NCBI GenBank assembly: GCA_964503895.1
Contig: CAZDCF010000005.1
Coordinates: 16,972 to 80,971 of the forward strand
Source: an uncultured Nitrospiraceae bacterium
Lineage (GTDB): Bacteria > Nitrospirota > Nitrospiria > Nitrospirales > UBA8639
Direction of reading: 5' to 3'
Length of the DNA stretch: 64,000 nt
Shown here in pieces: positions 51,170-60,522 of this stretch. Under the pieces are notes generated by a model. That model did no database searches. It was not told the origin of the DNA and was given only the letters and a program-made list of their open reading frames with translations. The stretch's first letter is position 1; each line of letters starts with the position of its first letter. Position numbers and translations under genes: made by a program.

Positions 51170-51577
51170 TTGGCCGTGCCCATATACGAGTATCAGTGCG
51201 AATCCTGTGAGCACATATTTGAAACCCAGCAAAAGTTTTCAGACCCACCAGTAGAAGCATGCGTTAAATGTGGCAAAAGCGTCCGAAAACTAATCTCCGC
51301 CCCAGGCATCCTGTTCAAAGGAACAGGATGGTATGTGACAGACTACTCGAATAAATTGAAAGATCCCAATCTATCCAAACCCAGCGCATCAGCTGGGGGA
51401 AAACAGGATAGCGGGACTTCGGGAGTTTCAGGTGGGGATAGTGGTGGAGATTCTAATTCAAGTGGTGGAAAAAGCGACTCGAGTTCAACCTCGTCATCCT
51501 CTTCTGATTCCTCGTCATCCTCTTCTAGTTCCTCATCATCCTCAACATCGTCATCTTCGCCAAAATCGGGCTCTTAA
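51170..51577 (+). CDS. FmdB-family zinc ribbon protein with Gly/Ser tail
   Basis: PIYEYQCESC...CVKCG...FKGTGWYVTDY, then Ser-rich tail. Confidence 0.88.
   Translation: MAVPIYEYQCESCEHIFETQQKFSDPPVEACVKCGKSVRKLISAPGILFKGTGWYVTDYSNKLKDPNLSKPSASAGGKQDSGTSGVSGGDSGGDSNSSGGKSDSSSTSSSSSDSSSSSSSSSSSSTSSSSPKSGS
51489..51544 (+). repeat. 21-nt period tandem repeat encoding poly-Ser
   Basis: CCTCGTCATCCTCTTCT at 51489 and 51510; degenerate third copy at 51531. Confidence 0.7.
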
Positions 51578-51595
51578 AAGATGTGCCTACCGGAT

Positions 51596-52240
51596 CTAAA
51601 TTTTTGGCGGACCCTTACCAAACGTGTCTGACAATACATGGTTCCAAATCAAACGGGCAAACGCTTCATACCCCGCAGTATTAAAATGCAAACCATCACT
51701 GGAAAAACGGGCAGCCAATAACTGCCCCATACCGTCTCCGGTCTCATGAAATAAATCCAAGCATTTCATATTCAGATTCTCACACATATCTGTGATCTCT
51801 CTATTAAGCACGAGTCGCTGCTTAATATGATTTTGCGCCCAACCTGGAATTGATTGCCGTCCCTCTTCCCCTAAGCAAATAGACGGAATCGTCACACCCA
51901 CTGGCTCAATATCTGCCTCCCTCGCATACCAATACATCCGGCTTAGATTTTCGCGGATGTGTAAAGGGGTTAACCCCAATCCTAAATCATTAGTCCCTCC
52001 CAAAATCACAACGAACTTTGGATTACGTGCTAAAACAGATTGGGAAAACCGCTGAACCATTTCAGCTGTAGTTTCTCCGCAAATTGCTGTAACAACGACT
52101 TGTGCCTGAGATCCAAGCCACTCTTGAATAAAACCACCAGGAGGGGTCTCTACATTCGATCCAAAAACGTCCGCCTTGGTTTGATGCCCCACAGTCAAGC
52201 TATCACCAAAACATACTAAATAAGGGTTACCCCATTTCAT
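51596..52240 (-). CDS. SGNH/GDSL hydrolase
   Basis: FGDSLT, GETT, GGTND, DGLHFN. Confidence 0.9.
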   Translation of the reverse strand: MKWGNPYLVCFGDSLTVGHQTKADVFGSNVETPPGGFIQEWLGSQAQVVVTAICGETTAEMVQRFSQSVLARNPKFVVILGGTNDLGLGLTPLHIRENLSRMYWYAREADIEPVGVTIPSICLGEEGRQSIPGWAQNHIKQRLVLNREITDMCENLNMKCLDLFHETGDGMGQLLAARFSSDGLHFNTAGYEAFARLIWNHVLSDTFGKGPPKI

Positions 52241-52365
52241 CTGATGGCCAATCTTTCTCCCCGCCCAATCGAATTCGATGCTTCACTGATTAAACTCACC
52301 TGCATTTTCGTTATCCTGTATAATTAGGTCAACGACCAGAGCAATGTAATTTTGTTGTAAAACTC

Positions 52366-52395
52366 TTGACATCGAGACATCTCAGTGAATACCCT
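52366..52395 (+). promoter_or_regulatory. sigma70-type promoter of skp
   Basis: TTGACA-18nt-TACCCT. Confidence 0.45.
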
Positions 52396-52481
52396 GTAGC
52401 TTCGATACGGTACTCTGCTAGATGCACCGTGCCTCAGTCGTGAGACCATTTCCTACCAATCGAGAAACCCATCGCTAACAA

Positions 52482-53084
52482 ATGAGATTTAAGAAGGAGG
52501 CCTGTTCCATGCAAAGAGCGAGTCATATAATTTCTGCAAACACAAAACAGCAACTTGGCATGCTATTTTTCACCATACTTTTGGTAGGCTTTTGGTACGG
52601 CCCTCCACAAGCCTTTGCAGCAAAAGGATTTAAGGTTGGCATTGTTGATCCCCAGACAGTAATTGAAAATACCAAGGCTGGCAAACGCGCCCTTGCAACC
52701 CTAAAGGAACATGCGCAGGTTCGACAAAAATTGATAGCTGCGGACGAGGCAGAACTCAAATCCATTCAAGAAGAACTCCAGAATTCTGACGCGTTAGGCG
52801 ACAAAGAAAAACAAACTAAGCAAGGACTGTTTCAACGCAAACTTCAGGAATACCAAAGGCGCGGACAGGAATTTCAGACGGAACTTGGCAACAAACAGCA
52901 GGCTATGGTCAAAGAGTTCATAGGTAAGATCCAAGTAGCGACCAAAGCTGTGGCTGATCGCCATGGATTTTCTTTGGTTATAGACAAGGGTAATGAAGCA
53001 ACGTTAAAAATTGTGTTGTACAGCCGAAAAGGACTCGACATCACGAACGAAGTTGTCAAGGAGTTTAACAAAAAATTTCCCTAA
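52482..53084 (+). CDS. skp: Periplasmic chaperone Skp/OmpH family
   Basis: Signal peptide, KVGIVDPQ, long coiled coil, GFSLVIDK, DITNEVV. Confidence 0.88.
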   Translation: MRFKKEACSMQRASHIISANTKQQLGMLFFTILLVGFWYGPPQAFAAKGFKVGIVDPQTVIENTKAGKRALATLKEHAQVRQKLIAADEAELKSIQEELQNSDALGDKEKQTKQGLFQRKLQEYQRRGQEFQTELGNKQQAMVKEFIGKIQVATKAVADRHGFSLVIDKGNEATLKIVLYSRKGLDITNEVVKEFNKKFP

Positions 53085-53589
53085 ACGCTGATTGCTATTT
53101 TTCAAAGCCTCCTTCTTAATCTGCTAGATTTCCTTTTAACTTTTCCTCATTTGGTGAATTGTGGCCTGGCTCAGAGAAATAACACTTTTGACGCCAGGCT
53201 TTAACTCCGTCTTCCACTGATATCACTCAGGAATAACCCATTTCCTGAAGACTCATAGCTGCCAAATACAAACCAACATTCGCCACCAAAGAAAAGTCTC
53301 TAAATATTTTAGAACAGAAAATAAAAATTTGAGAAATTCCTAGTGAAGATCTAAACATAAACTAAATATTTCTATGTAGGTATATTTTTGTATAGTTTCC
53401 TGCTATAAAGAGCACTAAGACTCCCCATCTAATCCTATGGATATTGGCAAAACCCCTTGTTTTTTGGTTAATAACTATCTTTTTTTTGACAGCTATGGTA
53501 TAAATAAAAGTTCGGGTCGGTTAACCCAGTCCTTGAATAGACGGGGTCACTCAAATAGTACGGACCATTTTTTTTATGAGGGTGCGAAC

Positions 53590-54093
53590 ATGTCAAAAGG
53601 TAAAAATTCTATAAACATCCGAGGAACTTTGGAGCCCTTAAGCGCCTGGAAACGTCATAAAGCCTTGCAAGAACTAGCTCGATTTATGGGCCAGGAAGGA
53701 AGAGACCATCTTACCCAATTAGAGTATGATTTGGACGAAGACAAAACCTATTCGGTTCAATTTTTTGTAAGGCATTGGGGATCTTGGACTAGAGCAGTCC
53801 AGAAAGCTCGTGAGTTAGTGGATCAACAAGATGTGCCAAAACCCGAGACTTCGCCCTTTGCAGGTTGGGTTTCATGCCTTTGTGGGAAAGCCTGCCACTG
53901 TGAGAAACGATTCTGGAGCTCTGACCGTCGACGAATTCGCATGTGTGATGCCTGCCGATCCTGGTCGGATAAACTCTCAATTGATGACCAATTTTTCTAT
54001 CTTACGGATGATACGGTCCTCAACACTAGAGTCCGAAGCACGGGCAAGCAAGGACGTCCGAGAAAAAACGAAGTGCAAGTCAGCGCCAAGTAA
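53590..54093 (+). CDS. Hypothetical protein: homing-endonuclease-associated-repeat-like domain plus Cys cluster
   Basis: ORF track 53437..54093; ATG 53590 with GAGG SD. LQELAR..G...LT..EY......YS..F.RHWGSW..A, then CLCGKACHC and CDAC. Confidence 0.55.
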   Translation: MSKGKNSINIRGTLEPLSAWKRHKALQELARFMGQEGRDHLTQLEYDLDEDKTYSVQFFVRHWGSWTRAVQKARELVDQQDVPKPETSPFAGWVSCLCGKACHCEKRFWSSDRRRIRMCDACRSWSDKLSIDDQFFYLTDDTVLNTRVRSTGKQGRPRKNEVQVSAK

Positions 54094-54609
54094 GGACTCC
54101 AACTGAGGCCTACATTTCAAGAAACGTGTGCGTAGATACGGCCGCTTCTAAAAATTTTCACTAACACCGGCTAAACCAAAAACCTATTTTCACCAAGCAT
54201 TTTTCCTGAGTGGGACTCCATTCATTTCCTAATGAGTGGAGTCCAGGGATTCCCCTCGCTTTGTAAAATAAAAATGCCCTTCCTTTGGGTTCTAGTGGTC
54301 AATCCAGCTTTTCCACACTGGAAAAACATGATGAAAGTTTCTCCCACCCACATTTTCCTTGCCCTGTTTTTTTATTTTAAAAACCTCATCGGCACTTAGG
54401 ATTGCTTCTAATTCCTTACATCCACGAACCACCAATCTCAAGCCGATTTGTTAAAAGACAAATCACCGAATCGATGATTATCATGCCTCACTCAAGAACA
54501 CAAAATAGCTGCGCTATTGGCTTTCTTCACTCAAAACCCTGGGCTATTGCAAACTATCAGTTTGAGTGGTTTACTCTTCACATAAACTAAATTTCAAAGA
54601 TAAGGCCGC

Positions 54610-55044
54610 ATGGATAAAGGAAGACAAAATAAGAACGTTTGGCCTGACACACCGATCATCTTATATGATGGAACCTGCAATCTGTGCACAGAAAGCATAC
54701 GGTTTATCATTCAACGAGACTCACAAAAACAATTTCGTTTTGCTTCACTGCAATCATCTTTTGCGGATGCGTATGTCAAAAAGTTTGGGAAAGGGCGTGA
54801 GCATTTAACATCTATGGTATTAATTATTGGAAAGCAAGTTTATCGTCAATCGACAGCCGCGCTACTAACTGCAAAAAGGCTTGATGGGTTTTGGTCTCTT
54901 CTGACAATATTTTTGCTAATTCCACGACCCATCCGAGACCGTACATACGACTTGATTGCCGCATACCGCTACCACATATTCGGGAAAACAGATTCCTGCT
55001 GGAAACCCACACCTGACTTATCAGACCGCTTCATTGAAACCTAA
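54610..55044 (+). CDS. DCC1-like thiol-disulfide oxidoreductase (DUF393)
   Basis: LYDGTCNLC, FASLQS, RDRTYDLIA..RYHIFGK..C. Confidence 0.9.
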   Translation: MDKGRQNKNVWPDTPIILYDGTCNLCTESIRFIIQRDSQKQFRFASLQSSFADAYVKKFGKGREHLTSMVLIIGKQVYRQSTAALLTAKRLDGFWSLLTIFLLIPRPIRDRTYDLIAAYRYHIFGKTDSCWKPTPDLSDRFIET

Positions 55045-55062
55045 CAAATACACCATCACCCC

Positions 55063-55767
55063 ATGACAGCAAACAAAAAAATGGTCCCTTATTCCACCCT
55101 TACCCTAAATATTACGATAGCCCTGCTCCTGACTTTTAATTCTACAGCCATCGCCTCCCCTAAAAGCCCAGCGACACATATCCGACACCAGTCCGTCCCA
55201 ATCCTTGGCGTAACATTCGACAAAACGAAGCGCCCCTTGGGTATAGTGATGTACGCCATGATTCATTTCCAAAAACGAGCAGACCATGATGGACTTAAAG
55301 TACATTTTCGAAAAGTCCTAGGACGATTCGGCCCCATTGCTCGAAAAGCAGTAGCAACATCTATAGGCCTGGCTGCCAAAGTATCGAAACTAAAGGATGA
55401 TTCCTGGACGGTGATCCTAGAATTTCCTTATGCTGGCTTGACAATGTATGGGGCCAGTTTATCCGCAATGATAGCCCTTTCCGTTATTGCACTCGCTAAG
55501 GATGATGCTGTGAAATATGGCCGGACACTTACTGGAACAATTTTAAAGAATGGCCGCATAGGAACAGTTACAGGCATTCCCTATAAAGTCTATGCTGCTC
55601 ACGCAGCAGGCCTTGAACAAGTTCTCATTCCCGAAGAATACCACCCGCTTGATGGAGAATGGCGACTCCCCTTTCTTATGCATATCTCACATGTTGGAAC
55701 TCTCGAGAAAGCCTACCAACGCTTAACAGACCAACCATTATTTCCAAAACATTCCTTAAGGCAATGA
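55063..55767 (+). CDS. Exported stand-alone Lon-type (S16) protease domain
   Basis: Signal peptide; GAS*LS with Lys exactly 43 residues later (IPYK), TGTI..NGRIG, AAHAAGLEQVLIP. Confidence 0.75.
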   Translation: MTANKKMVPYSTLTLNITIALLLTFNSTAIASPKSPATHIRHQSVPILGVTFDKTKRPLGIVMYAMIHFQKRADHDGLKVHFRKVLGRFGPIARKAVATSIGLAAKVSKLKDDSWTVILEFPYAGLTMYGASLSAMIALSVIALAKDDAVKYGRTLTGTILKNGRIGTVTGIPYKVYAAHAAGLEQVLIPEEYHPLDGEWRLPFLMHISHVGTLEKAYQRLTDQPLFPKHSLRQ

Positions 55768-55988
55768 CGCGCATGAAAACTAATTGAGCCCGTAGGTCAC
55801 GCCATTAGTGACGCAACCATGACCAATTGGCTTTCCAGCAATCGCTGTATCACCATGGTGGGAACAGAAGATTTTTCTGGGTCATACACTTAATCGTTAA
55901 TTACTTGAAAAATGATACACAAGGTGTATGTTGTTTAAAACTAGGGCAGAACACTGATCCCGTGCATATGAGCCATGATCGTTCCTAA

Positions 55989-58832
55989 ATGAGCCCCCTA
56001 CTAAAAATAGTCCTGTTTCCTGCAATCCTTGGTGGCCTTATGGCGATGACGCCATGGTATCCCGCTTGGGAAAACACCTTCTATGACAAACGCATGACAT
56101 GGTTTGTAGAGGAGCATCCACGAGCCCAAGAAATTCTGTTGATAGGCATGCAGCGATCACCCCGAGAGTATATATGCGGGAATTATTCAAATCGTGGCCA
56201 GGCCACGACGGACAAAGCTCTGGCTGTTACACTTGAATCGCTAGATAAACTATCCCCCAAAGCTGTGGCTTTAGCGTTTCGTCTCCCGAACTGTGAAGCT
56301 CTCAAGCATCTGGGAGCCAAACTGGCACCCTTGAGAAATCAGGGCATTCCGCTTGTATTAATACCACCTAAAACGTCGGCTGTCACTGAAAGTAATGTCC
56401 CCCGTACCTTGCTCCTCCAAGATTTGTATTTAGAAGAGGATCCCAACTGGTATCGTGTTCAGTCTGGCGATACCTTATCAATGATTGCTTATCGATTTCA
56501 TACCACCGTGCGGACTCTCAAAAGCCTAAACAATTTGTCAGATGACAAGATTGCATACGGACAACGACTGCTGATTAGCCAAAAAGAAAAGGAGTCCGTC
56601 TCGCATCTCCCTACTACATCATTAACCGCAATCGGTACGCTTGAGATCAAAGCACAGGATACGGAGGATGGAATCTTACGAGCTTTAGATTTAGGATCTC
56701 GCATTCCCCCGATCGGAGTCCTCTTAGCTGACTTGCTCAACTTAGAGCAAACAGCTCCATTTGATCCTTTCCCAAAAATACAACCCACCGTTCAGAAGAA
56801 TAAAACCTGGCGCATTACCTATAGTGAGTCTTGGTATGCAGACCCGAAACCGTTTCACTACCAGTCCCTCGATCATTTTTCTGTTTTGGACAATCGAGCA
56901 ACAAAAGCTCTCATCAACGACAAAATCGTCATTCTTTTTGACGCAACAGAGGAATCTACGGTCAGGACCCCACGCGGTGAACTTGTCCCACGTGCTTATA
57001 TTCATGCCCAAGTACTACTCAATCGCCTGACGGGCATGACAATTGTCACATCTTCTTGGTGGCAAACTGTGTGCCTGATTCTTCTAGGCAGTAGTGCCAT
57101 GGCAAGCCTCTATCATATTTCGTCCTATCGACGACGGAGTAATTCTAATCCAATCATCATCTGGCTATATCCAGTCGGCTGGACTCTCTTTCTATTCCTA
57201 ATCTTAGGCATAGGCCAGTATCTCGCTTTTTTCATGACTCAATATATGATTGAGGTTATTCCTCCCCTTGTCGCCACTGGAATTGCTGCGTTTGGAGTTA
57301 CCATCCTCACATGGCATCAGTCCTTTGCTCGCTTGGCTTCACGGATGGAAGATATGCAATCGGAGCGAGATGTCATGCTGGATGAACGAGCACGATTACT
57401 TGAGACAGCAGAAGAAAATACAGAAGAAATCTTGAAAATGGATCGCCAGCTGAATGAACAAAACGCTGCTATATTGCTTTTAGAAGGTGACCTGAAACAG
57501 CAGAAAGACTTTCAGCGTCAATACCTGCCGCATAAGGTTCCCCTGAAGCCCCCTAAAGACGAGAGCTGGCTTGAGTTAGAGCAAGAAGCGAAAGGCTTCG
57601 ACATCGTGACTCGGGACAGAACAATGTTGCAGGCCTTCCATGCGCTCAAAGAGTTATCCCAAAATCCTGAGCGACCCATCTTTATTTCTGGAGACACAGG
57701 AACGGGAAAAGAGCTGTATGCAAAGGCTTCGCATCACTTGAGTGATCGTCCGAACGGTCCATTTAAAACCATTAATATGGGAGAACTTACTGGAGAGAAA
57801 CTCCTGTCGCGACTGTTTGGAACTGCAAAGGGTGCATTCACCGGCGTTCATGGTAGTGAAGGACTCTTTCAGCAAGCTCATCGCGGCACCTTATTCCTCG
57901 ATGAAATCGCCAATCTTAATAGGGAAGGACAAGGTCAAATCTTACGGGTACTAGAGGATGGGTGCTTTACACCACTGGGTGGGAAAACATCAATAAGAAC
58001 CGATGTACGTCTAATTTTTGCCACAAATAAAAATCTCAAAAAAGAGTGGGGAGAAGGACGATTCATGGAAGATCTGTATCACCGCGTAATGAGTGGGGGA
58101 ATCATTAGACTGATCCCACTGCAGAAGCGCGCCAAGGAAGACCGCCAACTGATAACAGACCATCTCCTTCGCAAAAATACTCGTCGCGATTCTATCCCTC
58201 GACTAACAGAAGAAGCCCTAGAATGGATTTTTGAACAGCCTTGGCCTGGAAATGTCCGTGAGTTAGACGGCGTTTTGTACCGGAGCCTTACGAACCATCC
58301 AGAAGTACCAACAATCCAACGAGAACATTTAGTGCAAGCTGTTGATACTGAAAGTCCCCTGTTACCAGATGAGCCTATGAGACAAGACTCAAGCCCGCTT
58401 CTGTCTCCAGAAGTGGTTGACCCACTTACCACGCAGTTGTCTGATGAAGAGTTCATGGGAAAATTCTGCGGCTTTCAAGGAGCTATTGGGCAGTTAGCCG
58501 CCGAGCTAGGTCAACACCGGGATCGCGTCACGCTAAGGGTCAAGGGATTGGCATTTGAGGCTATATGTCAGGGCGGGAGCCCTCCTAACTATGAGGAGTG
58601 TTGTGAGCGGATACTCCGAGGCCATGCTCTTTCTCGTCTCCCCAAGCGAAAACTAGAGAAGAAATTGAGGGGATATTGGGACACACTTGTAAGAACTTGT
58701 CAGGACTGCCCTTCACCTGACGAAGCGATAGCTTCTATCTTTAAGCAAAATGAAAATATGCTGACCCGCAAACACTATCTGCGCGACCTTGAGCCCTTCA
58801 TCAAGCAACACTACTCCTCCCTGAACCGGTAA
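55989..58832 (+). CDS. Membrane-bound sigma54-dependent activator: CHASE2 with inserted LysM, 3 TM, coiled coil, AAA+ domain, HTH-like tail
   Basis: LysM YRVQSGDTLSMIAYRFHTTVRTLKSLNNL..DKI..GQRL; CHASE2-like DGILR and KIV...TP.G...HAQ; GDTGTGKE, GAFTGV, LFLDEI, WPGNVREL. Confidence 0.88.
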   Translation: MSPLLKIVLFPAILGGLMAMTPWYPAWENTFYDKRMTWFVEEHPRAQEILLIGMQRSPREYICGNYSNRGQATTDKALAVTLESLDKLSPKAVALAFRLPNCEALKHLGAKLAPLRNQGIPLVLIPPKTSAVTESNVPRTLLLQDLYLEEDPNWYRVQSGDTLSMIAYRFHTTVRTLKSLNNLSDDKIAYGQRLLISQKEKESVSHLPTTSLTAIGTLEIKAQDTEDGILRALDLGSRIPPIGVLLADLLNLEQTAPFDPFPKIQPTVQKNKTWRITYSESWYADPKPFHYQSLDHFSVLDNRATKALINDKIVILFDATEESTVRTPRGELVPRAYIHAQVLLNRLTGMTIVTSSWWQTVCLILLGSSAMASLYHISSYRRRSNSNPIIIWLYPVGWTLFLFLILGIGQYLAFFMTQYMIEVIPPLVATGIAAFGVTILTWHQSFARLASRMEDMQSERDVMLDERARLLETAEENTEEILKMDRQLNEQNAAILLLEGDLKQQKDFQRQYLPHKVPLKPPKDESWLELEQEAKGFDIVTRDRTMLQAFHALKELSQNPERPIFISGDTGTGKELYAKASHHLSDRPNGPFKTINMGELTGEKLLSRLFGTAKGAFTGVHGSEGLFQQAHRGTLFLDEIANLNREGQGQILRVLEDGCFTPLGGKTSIRTDVRLIFATNKNLKKEWGEGRFMEDLYHRVMSGGIIRLIPLQKRAKEDRQLITDHLLRKNTRRDSIPRLTEEALEWIFEQPWPGNVRELDGVLYRSLTNHPEVPTIQREHLVQAVDTESPLLPDEPMRQDSSPLLSPEVVDPLTTQLSDEEFMGKFCGFQGAIGQLAAELGQHRDRVTLRVKGLAFEAICQGGSPPNYEECCERILRGHALSRLPKRKLEKKLRGYWDTLVRTCQDCPSPDEAIASIFKQNENMLTRKHYLRDLEPFIKQHYSSLNR

Positions 58833-58873
58833 CATCTTTTTCAGTAAGCCGGTCTTTTGCATTCTCATCTGTG

Positions 58874-58936
58874 TGCCGTGACTTGTCGGTAATCATGCTG
58901 TGACCTGCACGAGCTCACGGCATGATTGCCGTGAGC
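58874..58936. promoter_or_regulatory. Enhancer-like (UAS) palindromic sites
   Basis: Perfect GCTCACGGCA-TGAT-TGCCGTGAGC at 58913-58936; inverted 16/20 copy at 58884-58903; half-site TGCCGTGA at 58874-58881. Confidence 0.65.
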
Positions 58937-59052
58937 CATGATCTAGTCCTGCATCATGCTTCATTCTGAAAAATCTTTCTAATCTCTCAATAACATTAGA
59001 AATTTTTATCTTCTTTTCCCATTGCACCCCCAAAGTATGCCCACTGTTTGAA

Positions 59053-59070
59053 CTGGCATAGAAATAGCAA
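59053..59070 (+). promoter_or_regulatory. sigma54 (-24/-12) promoter
   Basis: CTGGCATAGAAATAGCAA: GG(59055-56)-N10-GC(59067-68), about 130 bp downstream of the palindrome. Confidence 0.7.
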
Positions 59071-59136
59071 CTTTATCTACAGGACAAGAGAACGATCGTG
59101 ACTTTTTGCGTACACACAAACGAAAGGAGATCCATC

Positions 59137-59436
59137 ATGTCACTGAATTTAAAAACCACTCCCCGCAAGCTAGTAACGTCAAAAATTCAAAAAGGGAGTC
59201 ATTTCCTGTTATGGCCTGACCGGACACGATCGGAATTGGAGCGCCTCTGCATTACAACTAAAGAAGTTGCACCAATTCCACCTCGGTGGCGACGTATTAA
59301 TCCTGCTCAATATCTCAAGGAACGACCCAGTAACGTTTGTATTCTCGCTGCTTCTGGACAAAAGCCCCCACTGATTATCCAACTCGTACCCGCAACGCAG
59401 CGGTTTAGTGACGTAACCCCAAATGCCGTACCGTAA
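59137..59436 (+). CDS. Small basic hypothetical protein (99 aa)
   Basis: ORF track 59098..59436; AAGGAG SD before ATG 59137; first ORF after the sigma54 promoter. Confidence 0.55.
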   Translation: MSLNLKTTPRKLVTSKIQKGSHFLLWPDRTRSELERLCITTKEVAPIPPRWRRINPAQYLKERPSNVCILAASGQKPPLIIQLVPATQRFSDVTPNAVP

Positions 59437-59505
59437 CATCTCCTTAAAAGGTCATAACGCACGATGAGTAGAACTTTGCCATTCTTCCTTAAAAGGAGAT
59501 TTACC

Positions 59506-60420
59506 ATGCGGTATAGAGCCATTCACAACGAACTTTTCAAGCAACTAGAAAACCAAGATTCCAAGGTCCGAGCCGCCGCAGCCTATAGTTTGGGAAAAAT
59601 GAAAGTGCGACGAGGAATTAAACATCTGGCGCGTGCGCTGCAGGATCACATCCCTGAGGTGCGTTACCATGCAGTTTGGGCATTGGGGGTGATCAGGGAC
59701 CCGAAAGCCTTTGCCTATCTCAAGATTGCCAAACTGGATAATGATTCGGAAGTGCAGTGCGCAATCCAGCAAGCCTTGTACCGACTTGCCCTACCCTCGA
59801 CAGATTCACTGATTGACATGCTTGCCAATCACCCAAATCCTCAGAAACGTTCACAGGCTGCAAAGTCATTAGGCACCCTTTGCGAGTCACAAGCCCTGGA
59901 GGCACTGGTCCGTGCACTGAAAGATCCCTCGCTGCGGGTCAAATTTGAATCGATTCGGGCCATTGGATACTTACATTTCAACGGAGATCCCAATTTACTC
60001 AAAAAGATTATTACTTCATTGAATGATGAAAATCCAGTCCTGCGCCGGCACATTGTAGTGGCAATCCGACACCTACTGACATACGGCATACCTATACATG
60101 AGCAGAATATTATTAGGCCCCCTCTAACGTCAGCGTCGTCTGCTCCTCAATTGCAAGCCTGCACTGAGATAACAACGACACATCAAGACTTAGAGATGCG
60201 TTATGCGGTTAAAAGGTTATTCAATTGTCTACGAAACGATCCAGACCCATTGATACGAGTTGAAGCTGCCAGGACCTTAGGACATCTGCTGGGTAACTCC
60301 ACGGCACCAGAACCTAGATGGAATGAATCTCGTCATAAGGCACCTATCAGTTCTAGCGATAGCATAGGCAGAAACACTCCCCTTGTTGTCTTGAAGGGAG
60401 GGGTAACAGGGGCTTTCTGA
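59506..60420 (+). CDS. HEAT (PBS lyase-type) repeat protein
   Basis: ORF track 59464..60420; AAGGAG SD before ATG 59506; VRAAAAYSLG, VRYHAVWALG, IRVEAARTLG repeats. Confidence 0.85.
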   Translation: MRYRAIHNELFKQLENQDSKVRAAAAYSLGKMKVRRGIKHLARALQDHIPEVRYHAVWALGVIRDPKAFAYLKIAKLDNDSEVQCAIQQALYRLALPSTDSLIDMLANHPNPQKRSQAAKSLGTLCESQALEALVRALKDPSLRVKFESIRAIGYLHFNGDPNLLKKIITSLNDENPVLRRHIVVAIRHLLTYGIPIHEQNIIRPPLTSASSAPQLQACTEITTTHQDLEMRYAVKRLFNCLRNDPDPLIRVEAARTLGHLLGNSTAPEPRWNESRHKAPISSSDSIGRNTPLVVLKGGVTGAF

Positions 60421-60522
60421 GATAGCCGAGATCCCCCGTTGTTTATCAATTTTATTCACGGTGTCTGTAGCAATTGAAAGCCTTGCCAAGACAATTGCTG
60501 TAGATGCCAGAAAGGAAAATCC

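Noticed and set aside
53437-53589. N-terminal extension of the 218-aa ORF
   Set aside because: Reads like UTR; an SD precedes ATG 53590.
58960-59030. IHF site between the UAS and the sigma54 promoter
   Set aside because: AT-rich, but no good match to WATCAA-N4-TTR.
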